Assembly: GCA_903924805.1 (NCBI GenBank)
Contig: CAIYCZ010000015.1
Span: 1 to 24,735, forward strand
DNA: 24,735 nucleotides
Source: an uncultured delta proteobacterium
GTDB taxonomy: Bacteria; Desulfobacterota; WTBG01; CAIYCZ01
Reading direction: 5' to 3'
Below are positions 8,001 through 17,277 of the stretch, in pieces. The position numbers were made by a program, and so were the translations under genes. The notes beneath the pieces are model-generated. The model ran no database searches and had not been told where the DNA came from. It saw nothing but the letters and a program-made list of their open reading frames with translations. Numbering within the stretch: position 1 is the first letter of the stretch; each line of letters starts with the position of its first letter.

Positions 8001-9371
8001 TCATGGCGGCAATTCCTGCATGAGACTGTACCCTGTTTTCCAGACATCCCCTGCTCCCAGGGTAAGCACAATGTCACCATGCTTGAGGACTCCCCTGAGA
8101 TGCTGTTTGACATCATCCAGATGGGGAATAAAGGTGACATCCTTGCACCCGTATTCTTTAAGCCCTTCACAAAAGCTCATCCCGCTGACATCGGGGATCG
8201 GACTCTCGCTTGCCGCATAGATGTCTGTCACAATGAGTACATCAGCATCATAAAAGGCAACCATGAATTCCTTGAACAGGTCACGGGTACGGCTGTAGCG
8301 ATGGGGCTGAAACACCACCACCAGCCGCTGCTGCCAGACCTCCTTTGCGGTCCGCAGGGTGGTTTTAATTTCGGTGGGATGATGCCCGTAGTCATCCACC
8401 CAGATAATCCCCTGCTTCTCTGCCCGTAGTTGGAATCTCCTCTGCACGCCTCTGAATTGGGCGAGCGCTTCCCGGATCACGCTGAACGGGAGATTGAGCT
8501 CAAGGCCCACCGCAATGGCAGCAAGTGAATTATATATATTGTGCATGCCGGGGATCTTGAGCTCAATTGAGCCCAAAGGGCGGTCATGATACAATACACT
8601 GAAACTGCTCTGGAAGCCATGCAGCGCGATTTCGCGCGCCTGCAGATCTGCCTGGGCTGCACATCCGTAGGTGAGAAACCGTTTTCCTATTTTAGGTATA
8701 ATGCTCTGCAGGTTCTCATTATCCAGACAGATGACTGCCAGCCCGTAAAACGGCACTTTATTGATGAATTCCAGGAATGTCTTTTTTATCTCCCGTATGC
8801 TTTTATAGTAGTCCATGTGCTCGCGGTCTATGTTGGTTACCACCGCAATGGTCGGCGACAGTTTCAAAAACGACCCGTCGCTCTCGTCCGCCTCTGCTAC
8901 CAGAAATTCACCTGACCCCAGCTGGGCATTGGTATTGGTGGTGTTGAGCCGCCCCCCGATGACCACTGTAGGGTCGATGCCGCCGTGACCCAGTATGGCA
9001 GCAATCAGGGACGTCGTGGTGGTCTTTCCGTGCGCACCGGCAACGGCAATCCCGTATTTCAGGCGCATGAGTTCTGCAAGCATTTCAGCGCGGGGAATAA
9101 CGGGGATATTTCGCTCCTGCGCCTCGCTGAGCTCGGGGTTGCCGGGTTTGATCGCAGAGGAGATCACCACCACACTAACATCCTTTATATTTTCCCTGGC
9201 ATGCCCGTAATAGAGTGCGGCACCCAGTGATGAAAGGCGCTGGGTGATATCGCTGCTTTTCACGTCAGAGCCGCTCACCCGGTACCCCAGGTTGAGCAGC
9301 ACTTCAGCAATGCCGCTCATGCCAATGCCACCGATACCGACGAAATGAATATGCTGATCTTTCTTGTACAT
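8001..9371 (-). CDS. murC: UDP-N-acetylmuramate--L-alanine ligase
   Basis: [48 protein letters not shown]. Confidence 0.99.
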   Translation of the reverse strand: MYKKDQHIHFVGIGGIGMSGIAEVLLNLGYRVSGSDVKSSDITQRLSSLGAALYYGHARENIKDVSVVVISSAIKPGNPELSEAQERNIPVIPRAEMLAELMRLKYGIAVAGAHGKTTTTSLIAAILGHGGIDPTVVIGGRLNTTNTNAQLGSGEFLVAEADESDGSFLKLSPTIAVVTNIDREHMDYYKSIREIKKTFLEFINKVPFYGLAVICLDNENLQSIIPKIGKRFLTYGCAAQADLQAREIALHGFQSSFSVLYHDRPLGSIELKIPGMHNIYNSLAAIAVGLELNLPFSVIREALAQFRGVQRRFQLRAEKQGIIWVDDYGHHPTEIKTTLRTAKEVWQQRLVVVFQPHRYSRTRDLFKEFMVAFYDADVLIVTDIYAASESPIPDVSGMSFCEGLKEYGCKDVTFIPHLDDVKQHLRGVLKHGDIVLTLGAGDVWKTGYSLMQELPP

Positions 9372-9394
9372 GGCTTGTTTAAAATTTTTAAAAG

Positions 9395-9518
9395 TTGAAT
9401 TTCAAATCTCAAATATCAAATGCCAAGTAAAGCCTGAGCACCACTGAGCGAAATTCGAAACAGTGGCACAGGCACAGCGAGTTTTGCTGTTCGGGTTTTG
9501 CATTTTGCAGCTGTTTGC
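9395..9518 (-). repeat. Structured intergenic element: central hairpin flanked by 7-nt repeat arms
   Basis: Plus strand has TCAAATC/TCAAATA/TCAAATG (9402-9422) and GTTTTGC/GTTTTGC/ATTTTGC (9481-9508). These flank nested inverted repeats GCCTG...CAGGC (9432-9436/9469-9473) and CCACTG...CAGTGG (9441-9446/9461-9466). Confidence 0.7.
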
Positions 9519-9555
9519 TATGTCCATGCCTGATTATGATTTTTGGTCGTGGTGT

Positions 9556-10659
9556 TTAATTATCTGCGACCCTCCCGTTGCCAACCCGCTCAGCCACCTG
9601 CTGATAACAGAGATCAACGATATCCTGCGCTGCTTTTGGCCTGGCCAGAGATTGTACTCTCTGCTCCATGTATGCCAGCCGGCTGCGGTCACGTTCTGTC
9701 TCTATAATAGCGCGGGCCAGTTTCTCTCCGTTCAATTCGCGGGAAAGGATCATCAGTGCCGCTTCCGCGTCAACAAGAACCCGGGCATTTTTTTCCTGAT
9801 GATTATTGGCAGCATGGGGATAGGGTATAAGCAGTGCTGCCCTTCCACAGCAGGTTATCTCCGCAAGCGTTCCGGCACCCGCCCGGGAAATAACCAGGTG
9901 GGCATTTCCATATGCTCCGGTCATATCATCTATAAAGGCGATTACCTGTGCCCGGATCCCGTACCTGTGATACGTATCTGCGAGAAGTGCTGCATCTGCC
10001 GGGCCGCTCTGATGAATAATCTGTATCCGGTCTTTGACCGGGAGCAGATAGGGAAGCGCAGCCTTCATGGCCTGATTTATTTCCCGGGAGCCCTGGCTTC
10101 CACCAAGCACCAGGATGGTGAATGCCTCCTGCCGCTGCGGCATCCGCGCCTGCACAAACTCGCGTCTGAGCGGCAACCCGGTGAACACGGTCCTGTTCCC
10201 CGGGAAAAACTCCAGGCTCTCCCGGTAGGAAACACATACCCGGTCCAAATACCTGCCCAGTATGCGGTTACTCAGCCCGGGGAAGCTGTTCTGTTCGTGA
10301 ATGACCGTGGTGATGCCCATGACCACTCCTGCCAGCACTGCCGGGCCTGAGATGTATCCGCCAACCCCGCACACAATGTGTGCCTGAAAGCGCCGCAGAC
10401 AGAACCATGAGCGGATAAATGCCCAGGGAAGCATTGACAGTGCAATGAGCTGGGCTGCCATTCCCTGCCCTTTGAGCCCCCTGACCCGGATTGTCTGTAA
10501 CTGAAACCCGCGTTGCGGTAGTATGCGCGATTCAAGCCCCCGTTCTGTGCCGATAAAAAGCACCTGGTTGTGAGGCGCTCTTCTGAGAAACTCCTCTGCA
10601 ATGGCAATTCCAGGGAACAGATGGCCACCCGTACCTCCTCCTGCAATTGCCATGTTCAT
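9556..10659 (-). CDS. murG: Undecaprenyldiphospho-muramoylpentapeptide beta-N-acetylglucosaminyltransferase
   Basis: AGGGTGGH, GGYISGP, HEQN, LGGSQG, SRAGAGT. Start refined to ATG 10659, which overlaps the ftsW stop as ATGA. Confidence 0.98.
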   Translation of the reverse strand: MNMAIAGGGTGGHLFPGIAIAEEFLRRAPHNQVLFIGTERGLESRILPQRGFQLQTIRVRGLKGQGMAAQLIALSMLPWAFIRSWFCLRRFQAHIVCGVGGYISGPAVLAGVVMGITTVIHEQNSFPGLSNRILGRYLDRVCVSYRESLEFFPGNRTVFTGLPLRREFVQARMPQRQEAFTILVLGGSQGSREINQAMKAALPYLLPVKDRIQIIHQSGPADAALLADTYHRYGIRAQVIAFIDDMTGAYGNAHLVISRAGAGTLAEITCCGRAALLIPYPHAANNHQEKNARVLVDAEAALMILSRELNGEKLARAIIETERDRSRLAYMEQRVQSLARPKAAQDIVDLCYQQVAERVGNGRVADN

Positions 10660-11774
10660 TTCCGCACCCGACAATCGCTTTGATCAGATATGCCAACCAG
10701 TATCCCCACACACACAAGATTTATCACCAGAGACGTCCCGCCATAACTTATAAAGGGAAGGGTGGTGCCTTTGGTCGGCATCAGGCCCATGACCACACCC
10801 ATATTTATGATTGCCTGCACCCCGATAAGGAAAATAATGCCCAGCGCCAGATAGGTGCCGAACAGATCGCTGGCATTCAGTGCTACCTGCAGCCCGCAGT
10901 AGAGAATCGCTGCAAAAAGAATTATAATCACCATAACACCCACAAACCCGAATTCCTCGCCAATCACCGCCAGGATAAAATCCGTATGCGGTTCAGGAAG
11001 ATAAAACAGTTTTTGCGTCCCCTGCACCAGGCCTTTTCCCCAGAGCCCCCCTGATCCGAAGGCAAGGAAGGACTGAACAATGTGATAGCCCGTTCCCTGG
11101 TAATTGCCCCAGGGGTCAAGAAAGGCAAGCAGCCGCTGTACCCGGTAGGCTCCCTTATATAAAATCAAGGGGACTGCGCCCGCTGCTGCAATAATAACCA
11201 TGGATGCCAGGTAGAGCTTGGGCACTCCGGCTACAAACAGGAGCGCAAACAGAAGTATTATAAATATGGTTGCCATGCCAAAATCAGGCTGCAGAAACAC
11301 CAGTCCCACTATGGGCAGCACCAATACCAGATGGGGCAGCAGGCCGATAGAAAAGGCTTTTATCTTCTGTTCCTTTTTTGCCAGAGAATATGAAAGAAGG
11401 ATTATAACCGCCAGCTTGGCAAACTCCGATGGCTGAAATGAGACCGGGCCGAGCCTGAGCCACCGGGAAGCCCCGCCAACCCTTGTCCCTATGCCTGGTA
11501 TAAGCACTGCTGCCAGCAGCACCAGGCTGATCAGCCACAGCAGGTAGGCAATTTTTTTATTTCCCAGATAGCGATACGATTTATTCATGACAAAAAACAT
11601 GCTGACTATGCCGAACACGGCAAACAGAGCCTGCTTTTTCAGGAAGTAGGCACTGTCACCGAATTTCTGGGCTGCACAGATGCAGCTGGCGCTCCAGATC
11701 ATGATCATGCCTATGCCTACCAGCACAATGGGGACAAAGATGAGAACATTGTGTATGATGCGCTTATTGTTCAT
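10656..11774 (-). CDS. ftsW: SEDS peptidoglycan glycosyltransferase FtsW
   Basis: Polytopic hydrophobic protein with RWLRLGPVSFQPSEFAK, QPDFG, LPEPHTDFI, LPFISYGG. ATG 11774 is spaced better from the GGGG RBS than TTG 11780. Confidence 0.97.
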   Translation of the reverse strand: MNNKRIIHNVLIFVPIVLVGIGMIMIWSASCICAAQKFGDSAYFLKKQALFAVFGIVSMFFVMNKSYRYLGNKKIAYLLWLISLVLLAAVLIPGIGTRVGGASRWLRLGPVSFQPSEFAKLAVIILLSYSLAKKEQKIKAFSIGLLPHLVLVLPIVGLVFLQPDFGMATIFIILLFALLFVAGVPKLYLASMVIIAAAGAVPLILYKGAYRVQRLLAFLDPWGNYQGTGYHIVQSFLAFGSGGLWGKGLVQGTQKLFYLPEPHTDFILAVIGEEFGFVGVMVIIILFAAILYCGLQVALNASDLFGTYLALGIIFLIGVQAIINMGVVMGLMPTKGTTLPFISYGGTSLVINLVCVGILVGISDQSDCRVRK

Positions 11775-11805
11775 GCTCAAACCCCGTACACCTGACCGTA
11801 CTTAC

Positions 11806-13158
11806 TCAATTCTTCAACTTTTTTACCGCTGCGCAAAAGCACTCTCCGCGGTGTGCATAGCTGGTAAACATATCAAAGCTTGAACAGGCAGGGGAAAACA
11901 GCACCGTATCACCGGGCAGCGCCGTGCTGAAGGCAAGGGCTACCGCATCGTCAAGGGTGGCGACACGATGCGTTTCAACCTCCGCGCCCAGTTCTGCAAA
12001 TATCCGCTCCCGTGCTTCACCCAGCAGGATCAGAGCTTTTACCTTGGAGCGGAGAGGTTCTTTGAGCGGCGCATAGCTTCCCCCCTTATCCTTGCCTCCG
12101 GCAATGAGAATAAGGGGCGCCGTAAGGCTCTCCAGCGACTTCACCACTGCTCCGACATTGGTGCCCTTTGAATCGTTGTAAAATCGCACGCCGCGAATTT
12201 CGTCCACAAACTCCATGCGGTGCGCAAGCCCCCGGAAGTGCACCAGGGCGTGCTGGATGGTGCGGACGGGCAGCCCGCACAGATAGCCGACAGCTGCAGC
12301 TGCCATCATGTTTTCAAGATTATGCGCACCCTGCAGGAGGGCGCCTGACAGTGAAAAGCTCTCCTCTCCACCCGCATACCGGATGTGCAGAGCGCTGTTA
12401 CCGGTAACGCCGTTCTGCAGGGAGTGCGTTGCGCTGAAAAAAAACGGCTCTGCCTGAATCCCCTCTTTAAGCTCTCGCACCAGCGGATCATCAAAGTTGA
12501 GAACCGCCCGGTCCTCTTTTTTCTGGTTCATGAACAGACGGCGTTTTGCGGCAATATAGTCGGCAAATGAGCGATAGCGATCCAGGTGATCCTCGGTGAT
12601 ATTGAGCATCACGCTGATACGGGGCCTGAATGTGGCGATGCCCTCCAGCTGAAAACTGCTGATCTCTGCAATAACATAATCGCAGTCCTGAACGCCCGAG
12701 ACATATGCTATGAGCGGTGTACCGATATTGCCTCCCACAAATACCTTCTTCCCGGCCTGTCTGAACATCTCTCCCAGAAGCGATGTGGCGGTTGTCTTTC
12801 CATTGGTGCCGGTAACCGCAATAAGCGGCGTCTTCAGGAACCACCCGGCAAGTTCTATTTCGCTTACTATCTTAATTCCCCTGGCGTCTGCTGCGGCAAG
12901 CGGTGGAATCTCAAGCGGAACCCCGGGACTGACCACGATAAGATCAGCATGCACAAACGTCTCTTCCTGATGGCCGCCTGTTTCAAGCAGGACACCCTTT
13001 TTGGCAAGTTCCAGAGCTTCCTCGGGGAGGCTCTCCTGAGGCTTTGCCTCAGAGATGGTGACACGAGCCCCCCTGTCCAGCAAAAAGTAAGCGGTGGCTA
13101 TCCCTGTTTTTGCCAGACCCACAACAAGAACTTTTTTTCCCTGCAGTTCCATGTTCAC
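11806..13158 (-). CDS. murD: UDP-N-acetylmuramoyl-L-alanine--D-glutamate ligase
   Basis: [41 protein letters not shown]; ATGA overlap with the mraY stop. Confidence 0.98.
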   Translation of the reverse strand: MNMELQGKKVLVVGLAKTGIATAYFLLDRGARVTISEAKPQESLPEEALELAKKGVLLETGGHQEETFVHADLIVVSPGVPLEIPPLAAADARGIKIVSEIELAGWFLKTPLIAVTGTNGKTTATSLLGEMFRQAGKKVFVGGNIGTPLIAYVSGVQDCDYVIAEISSFQLEGIATFRPRISVMLNITEDHLDRYRSFADYIAAKRRLFMNQKKEDRAVLNFDDPLVRELKEGIQAEPFFFSATHSLQNGVTGNSALHIRYAGGEESFSLSGALLQGAHNLENMMAAAAVGYLCGLPVRTIQHALVHFRGLAHRMEFVDEIRGVRFYNDSKGTNVGAVVKSLESLTAPLILIAGGKDKGGSYAPLKEPLRSKVKALILLGEARERIFAELGAEVETHRVATLDDAVALAFSTALPGDTVLFSPACSSFDMFTSYAHRGECFCAAVKKLKN

Positions 13159-14231
13159 CTCAGCTTGAGGGTACTGATGGCAAGCAGCGCGAGCACCGTA
13201 CCGACAATCCAGAACCTGACAATAATTTTCGGCTCAGCCCATCCTTTCAGTTCCAGGTGGTGGTGCAGTGGCGCCATCTGAAAAATACGCTTGCCCCGCA
13301 GCTTGAACGACCCCACCTGAAAAATAACCGAAAGCGCTTCCACAACAAAGATTCCTCCCACAATGGCAAGCAGCGCTTCGTGCTTGGTAATGACGGCAAC
13401 GGTGCCAAGGGATCCGCCAAGGGACAGCGATCCCACGTCGCCCATAAATATCTCCGCCGGATAGGCATTGTACCAGAGAAAACCCATGCTTGCCCCGAGC
13501 AGTGCCCCGCAGAAAACGGTCAACTCACCACAGCCGGCAATATAGGAGATCTGCAGATAATCAGCAATCTTGGAATGGCCGGTAATATATGAAAACAGAA
13601 GATACGTGGCAGACACAATAAGTACCAGGCCAATGGCCAGTCCATCCAGACCATCAGTAAGATTTACCGCATCTGATGAGCCGACAATCACCAGAATGGC
13701 AAACAGGATGTAGAAGGCCCCCAGATCGGGTACTGCGTTCTTAAAAAACGGGATGCTTAAATGGGTATTAAAATCAGGCTGCAGGTACAGGTAGACCGCA
13801 ACAATCAGTGCCACAATGATCTGCAGCGTGATTTTCCTCCGGGCAGATATGCCGCGCGAGTTCTTCCCTTTAATCTTTGTCCAGTCATCAAGCAACCCGA
13901 TCAGCCCCATGCCGGCAAGCGCAAACAGCACCACCCAGACATAGCGGTTGCTAATGTCCGCCCACAGGCAGGTTGAGGTAATAACAGAAAACAGTATGAG
14001 AATGCCTCCGGCTGTTGGCGTTCCTTCTTTCTTCAGATGGGTTGACGGCCCGTCCTCTCGTACATATTGCCCGAATTTAATTTTTTTGAGCTGTTCAATC
14101 AGCACCGGTCCCAGTATCAGGGTTAACAGCATCGCCGTAACCGTCGCATAAATGGTGCGAAAGGTAATGTAGCGAAAAACATTGAAGAAACCAAAATAGA
14201 TATGCAGGGGATATAACAGATAATACAGCAT
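13155..14231 (-). CDS. mraY: Phospho-N-acetylmuramoyl-pentapeptide transferase
   Basis: [38 protein letters not shown]; multiple TMs; GAGG RBS. Confidence 0.98.
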   Translation of the reverse strand: MLYYLLYPLHIYFGFFNVFRYITFRTIYATVTAMLLTLILGPVLIEQLKKIKFGQYVREDGPSTHLKKEGTPTAGGILILFSVITSTCLWADISNRYVWVVLFALAGMGLIGLLDDWTKIKGKNSRGISARRKITLQIIVALIVAVYLYLQPDFNTHLSIPFFKNAVPDLGAFYILFAILVIVGSSDAVNLTDGLDGLAIGLVLIVSATYLLFSYITGHSKIADYLQISYIAGCGELTVFCGALLGASMGFLWYNAYPAEIFMGDVGSLSLGGSLGTVAVITKHEALLAIVGGIFVVEALSVIFQVGSFKLRGKRIFQMAPLHHHLELKGWAEPKIIVRFWIVGTVLALLAISTLKLR

Positions 14232-14337
14232 ATGACCTCTTCTCTGGTGCGCGTGTTACTCCATGGTTTCTTTTTCTCTATCCTGCAGAGGATACCTCTA
14301 TCCCCCAGCGTACGTAGCGTCCTTTACACCTTTCATA

Positions 14338-15741
14338 TTATCCTGCCTCAGCTTTTCGCTGCAGAAACTCGACAATCTGTTCCATCTTCATTGCCCGCGA
14401 GCCTTTGACCAGCACCCAGTCACCCTCATGCACCTCATCCCGGAGCTTTTCCCTGAGCACTTCCTGCCTGTCGAACGTGAAGACATGCTGAGCGGACATA
14501 CCGTCTGCGCGCGCCCCTTCTGCCACAGATGCGGAAAACTGTCCGTACACAAACAAAAAATCGATTCCGCACCGTGCAGTCGCTCTGCCCACCTCGCGGT
14601 GATAGCCGGGGGAATGCTCACCGAGTTCCAGCATGTCGCCAAGCACGGCAATGGTGCGGTGCTTTTGTTTTGCGGCTGAGAGCAGCTTGAGCGATGCTTC
14701 CATGGAAATGGGATTGGCATTATACGAGTCATTGATTATCGTGATGCCGTCCACCCTGATGATCTCCATCCGCCCGGGTATGGGGCGGAATGCTTCCAGC
14801 CCCTGTTTAATCTCTTCCATGCGCATATTCAGGGCGTGGGCAACCGCTGCTGCTGCAAGGGCATTGCTTAAAAATATCCCGCCGGGAGGTGCGAGGGTAA
14901 CCACGTCCTGTTTACCCATGATATCAAGGTTAAAGACCGTTTCTCCGCTGTCATATATCTGCACCAGCTCACCCCTGATATCCCCTTCACGGGTGCCGAA
15001 TGACAGGATCCGGGCACGGGTCTTCTGCGCCAGCACCATCACCCGCTCGTCATCCCGGTTGACCACCGCGATATCTGCAGCCCCCAGTGCTGCAAACAAC
15101 TCGCCTTTGGCAGCCATGATATTGTCAATAGTCTTTAACTGCTCAAGATGCGCAGGCCCTATATTGGTAATAACCGCGATATGGGGAGCAGAAATCTCTG
15201 CCAGCCGCTGAATTTCACCCCGTTCGCTCATGCCCATTTCCATAATGCCCACCTGGTGGCCCTCGTGTAACTGCAAAAGCGAGAGCGGAAGCCCGATAAG
15301 GTTATTCCAGTTCCCGGGATTCTTAAGCGCAGCAAGCCTGATGCTGGTAATCTGCCACAGCATCTCTTTTGTGGTAGTCTTCCCATTGCTTCCGGTAATG
15401 GCAACGACCGGGATTTGGAACTGTTTCCGCCACCAGCGGGCCACTTCCCCCAGCGCCTGGAGCGGGTCGGCAACGGCAATGAGCGCCTTATCCGTGCCGC
15501 ACGCCAGCAGCTGGCCAAGGAGCGGATGTCCCTGTCTGACAAAGGATGCCTGCGCTCCGTTATTAAAGGCATCGCGTATAAACAGGTGCCCGTCACAGTT
15601 GTTTCCTGTCAGCGGCACAAATAATTCCCCGGGACTGGTGCGCCGCGAGTCAATGGAGACGCCGCTCAGCACTGCTTGCGCAGGCCCCTGTAACAGGCTG
15701 CCCGGTGCTGCCCTGAGAACCTCACTGACTTTCAGTTTCAT
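14338..15741 (-). CDS. murF: UDP-N-acetylmuramoyl-tripeptide--D-alanyl-D-alanine ligase
   Basis: IDSR, GSNGKTTTKE, EMGMS, NDSYNANP, LGDMLELG, VLVKGSR. Confidence 0.98.
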   Translation of the reverse strand: MKLKVSEVLRAAPGSLLQGPAQAVLSGVSIDSRRTSPGELFVPLTGNNCDGHLFIRDAFNNGAQASFVRQGHPLLGQLLACGTDKALIAVADPLQALGEVARWWRKQFQIPVVAITGSNGKTTTKEMLWQITSIRLAALKNPGNWNNLIGLPLSLLQLHEGHQVGIMEMGMSERGEIQRLAEISAPHIAVITNIGPAHLEQLKTIDNIMAAKGELFAALGAADIAVVNRDDERVMVLAQKTRARILSFGTREGDIRGELVQIYDSGETVFNLDIMGKQDVVTLAPPGGIFLSNALAAAAVAHALNMRMEEIKQGLEAFRPIPGRMEIIRVDGITIINDSYNANPISMEASLKLLSAAKQKHRTIAVLGDMLELGEHSPGYHREVGRATARCGIDFLFVYGQFSASVAEGARADGMSAQHVFTFDRQEVLREKLRDEVHEGDWVLVKGSRAMKMEQIVEFLQRKAEAG

Positions 15742-15759
15742 CTGCCTGTAGGTGTCCGT

Positions 15760-17277
15760 TCAGCAGTGACCATTTTTCCCCAAGGCCAGCCGTGCCACTT
15801 CCCGGTCATCAAACGGTAACTTTTTATCTCCTGTCTGCTGGGTCGTCTCATGCCCTTTACCGGCAATGAGGACCACATCTCCCGGCTGTGCCAGGGAAAT
15901 CGCCTTGTGTATTGCACAGCTGCGATCTTCAAAAACAAAATAGGCTTTCGCCGCTATATCTCCGCGGCAGAGATGGTCTGCAGCCCGGGGAAGCCCCTGT
16001 TCAATAATACCGGCCTCAATCTCCCGGATAATATCCCCGGGTGCTTCACTGCGCGGGTTGTCCGAGGTAATGATAACGATATCGCTGTACTGCGCACCGA
16101 TACGCCCCATGACCGTACGCTTGTCCCGGTCACGGTCTCCGCCGCACCCGAACACGGTTATTATACTGCGGGCATTGATACCCTGCACGGTCTTCAGCAC
16201 ATTTTCCAGGGCATCTCCGGTATGGGCATAGTCCACAAGCACCAGAAATCCTCCCCGGTTTTCTACACGCTCCATACGGCCGGGTATTGAGCTCACGTGT
16301 TCTATGCCGCTTGAAATTGTCTCCGGGGGTATGGCAAGGGAAAGTGCAGTTCCCACTGCAGCCAGGATATTATAGAGGTTGAACATACCAAGGAGGGGCG
16401 AGCGGATAGCAACAGTGCCACCGGGCGTGATGATATCAGCACGAATGCCGTCAGGGGTTATAGCTATGTTTCGTGTGTTAATGGTTCCTCCCGTAATCCC
16501 AAAGCTGAAAGAGGGCACGGCAAGTTTTCCCAGCAACACCCTGCCCATGGGGTCATCCTGGTTAATAACAGCCCGGACATTTTTCTTTGATGAACCTGCT
16601 AACACATGGGTAAAAAAACGCTCCTTGCTGGTGTAGTACCGGTCAAGTGTCTCATGATAATCCAGGTGTTCCGGTGTCAGGTTGGTAAAAACACCGACAT
16701 CAAACGCGCACCCGTCAACCCGCCGCTGATCCAGTCCCTGTGAAGATACTTCCATCACCACATAGCGGATGCCGGCATCCATCATCTCCCGCAGTATCTT
16801 CTGCAGCTCCATGGGCTCAAGCGTTGTCTGCCATGATGCCTGCCTGCACGAGCCGAACCGGTACTCAACGGTACTCAGGACCCCGACTGGATAGCCCGCT
16901 TCCCTGAGAATGCCTTCCAGCAGATAGGTGATAGTGGTTTTTCCATTAGTACCGGTAATGCCAATGAGTGTAACCTGCTGTGACGGGTTGCCATAAAACT
17001 CGGCAGCAAGCCGGGACAGGGCATACCGCACATCAGGGACAACAATAGTTGATGCGTCGGGTTTATAAAACGGCCGTTGTGTTACAAAGGCCCTCACCCC
17101 CGTACGGTAGACCGCTTCCAGAAAGTCGTGCCCGTCTACCCGCGAACCGGGAATTGCCACAAAGAGCGTGTTCCCGGTGGCCCTGCCCGAGTGGCTCACC
17201 ACAGAAGATATTTCATACTGCTCATCCCCGCAAAACTCCTTTATATCCAGTGCCTGTAAAAGCCTTCCGAGTTTCAT
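15760..17277 (-). CDS. murE: UDP-N-acetylmuramoyl-L-alanyl-D-glutamate--2,6-diaminopimelate ligase
   Basis: GTNGKTT, MEVSSQ, DYAHT, DNPR (meso-DAP specificity motif), AGKGHE; ATGA overlap with the ftsI stop. Confidence 0.98.
   Translation of the reverse strand: MKLGRLLQALDIKEFCGDEQYEISSVVSHSGRATGNTLFVAIPGSRVDGHDFLEAVYRTGVRAFVTQRPFYKPDASTIVVPDVRYALSRLAAEFYGNPSQQVTLIGITGTNGKTTITYLLEGILREAGYPVGVLSTVEYRFGSCRQASWQTTLEPMELQKILREMMDAGIRYVVMEVSSQGLDQRRVDGCAFDVGVFTNLTPEHLDYHETLDRYYTSKERFFTHVLAGSSKKNVRAVINQDDPMGRVLLGKLAVPSFSFGITGGTINTRNIAITPDGIRADIITPGGTVAIRSPLLGMFNLYNILAAVGTALSLAIPPETISSGIEHVSSIPGRMERVENRGGFLVLVDYAHTGDALENVLKTVQGINARSIITVFGCGGDRDRDKRTVMGRIGAQYSDIVIITSDNPRSEAPGDIIREIEAGIIEQGLPRAADHLCRGDIAAKAYFVFEDRSCAIHKAISLAQPGDVVLIAGKGHETTQQTGDKKLPFDDREVARLALGKNGHC

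Noticed and set aside
13660-14040. MraY motif variants ([16 protein letters not shown])
   Set aside because: These are single substitutions and the catalytic Asp/His motifs are intact; within normal family variation.
14299-14336. 12-codon mini-ORF MKGVKDATYAGG after murF
   Set aside because: No RBS or leader-peptide signature; short ORFs like this arise by chance.
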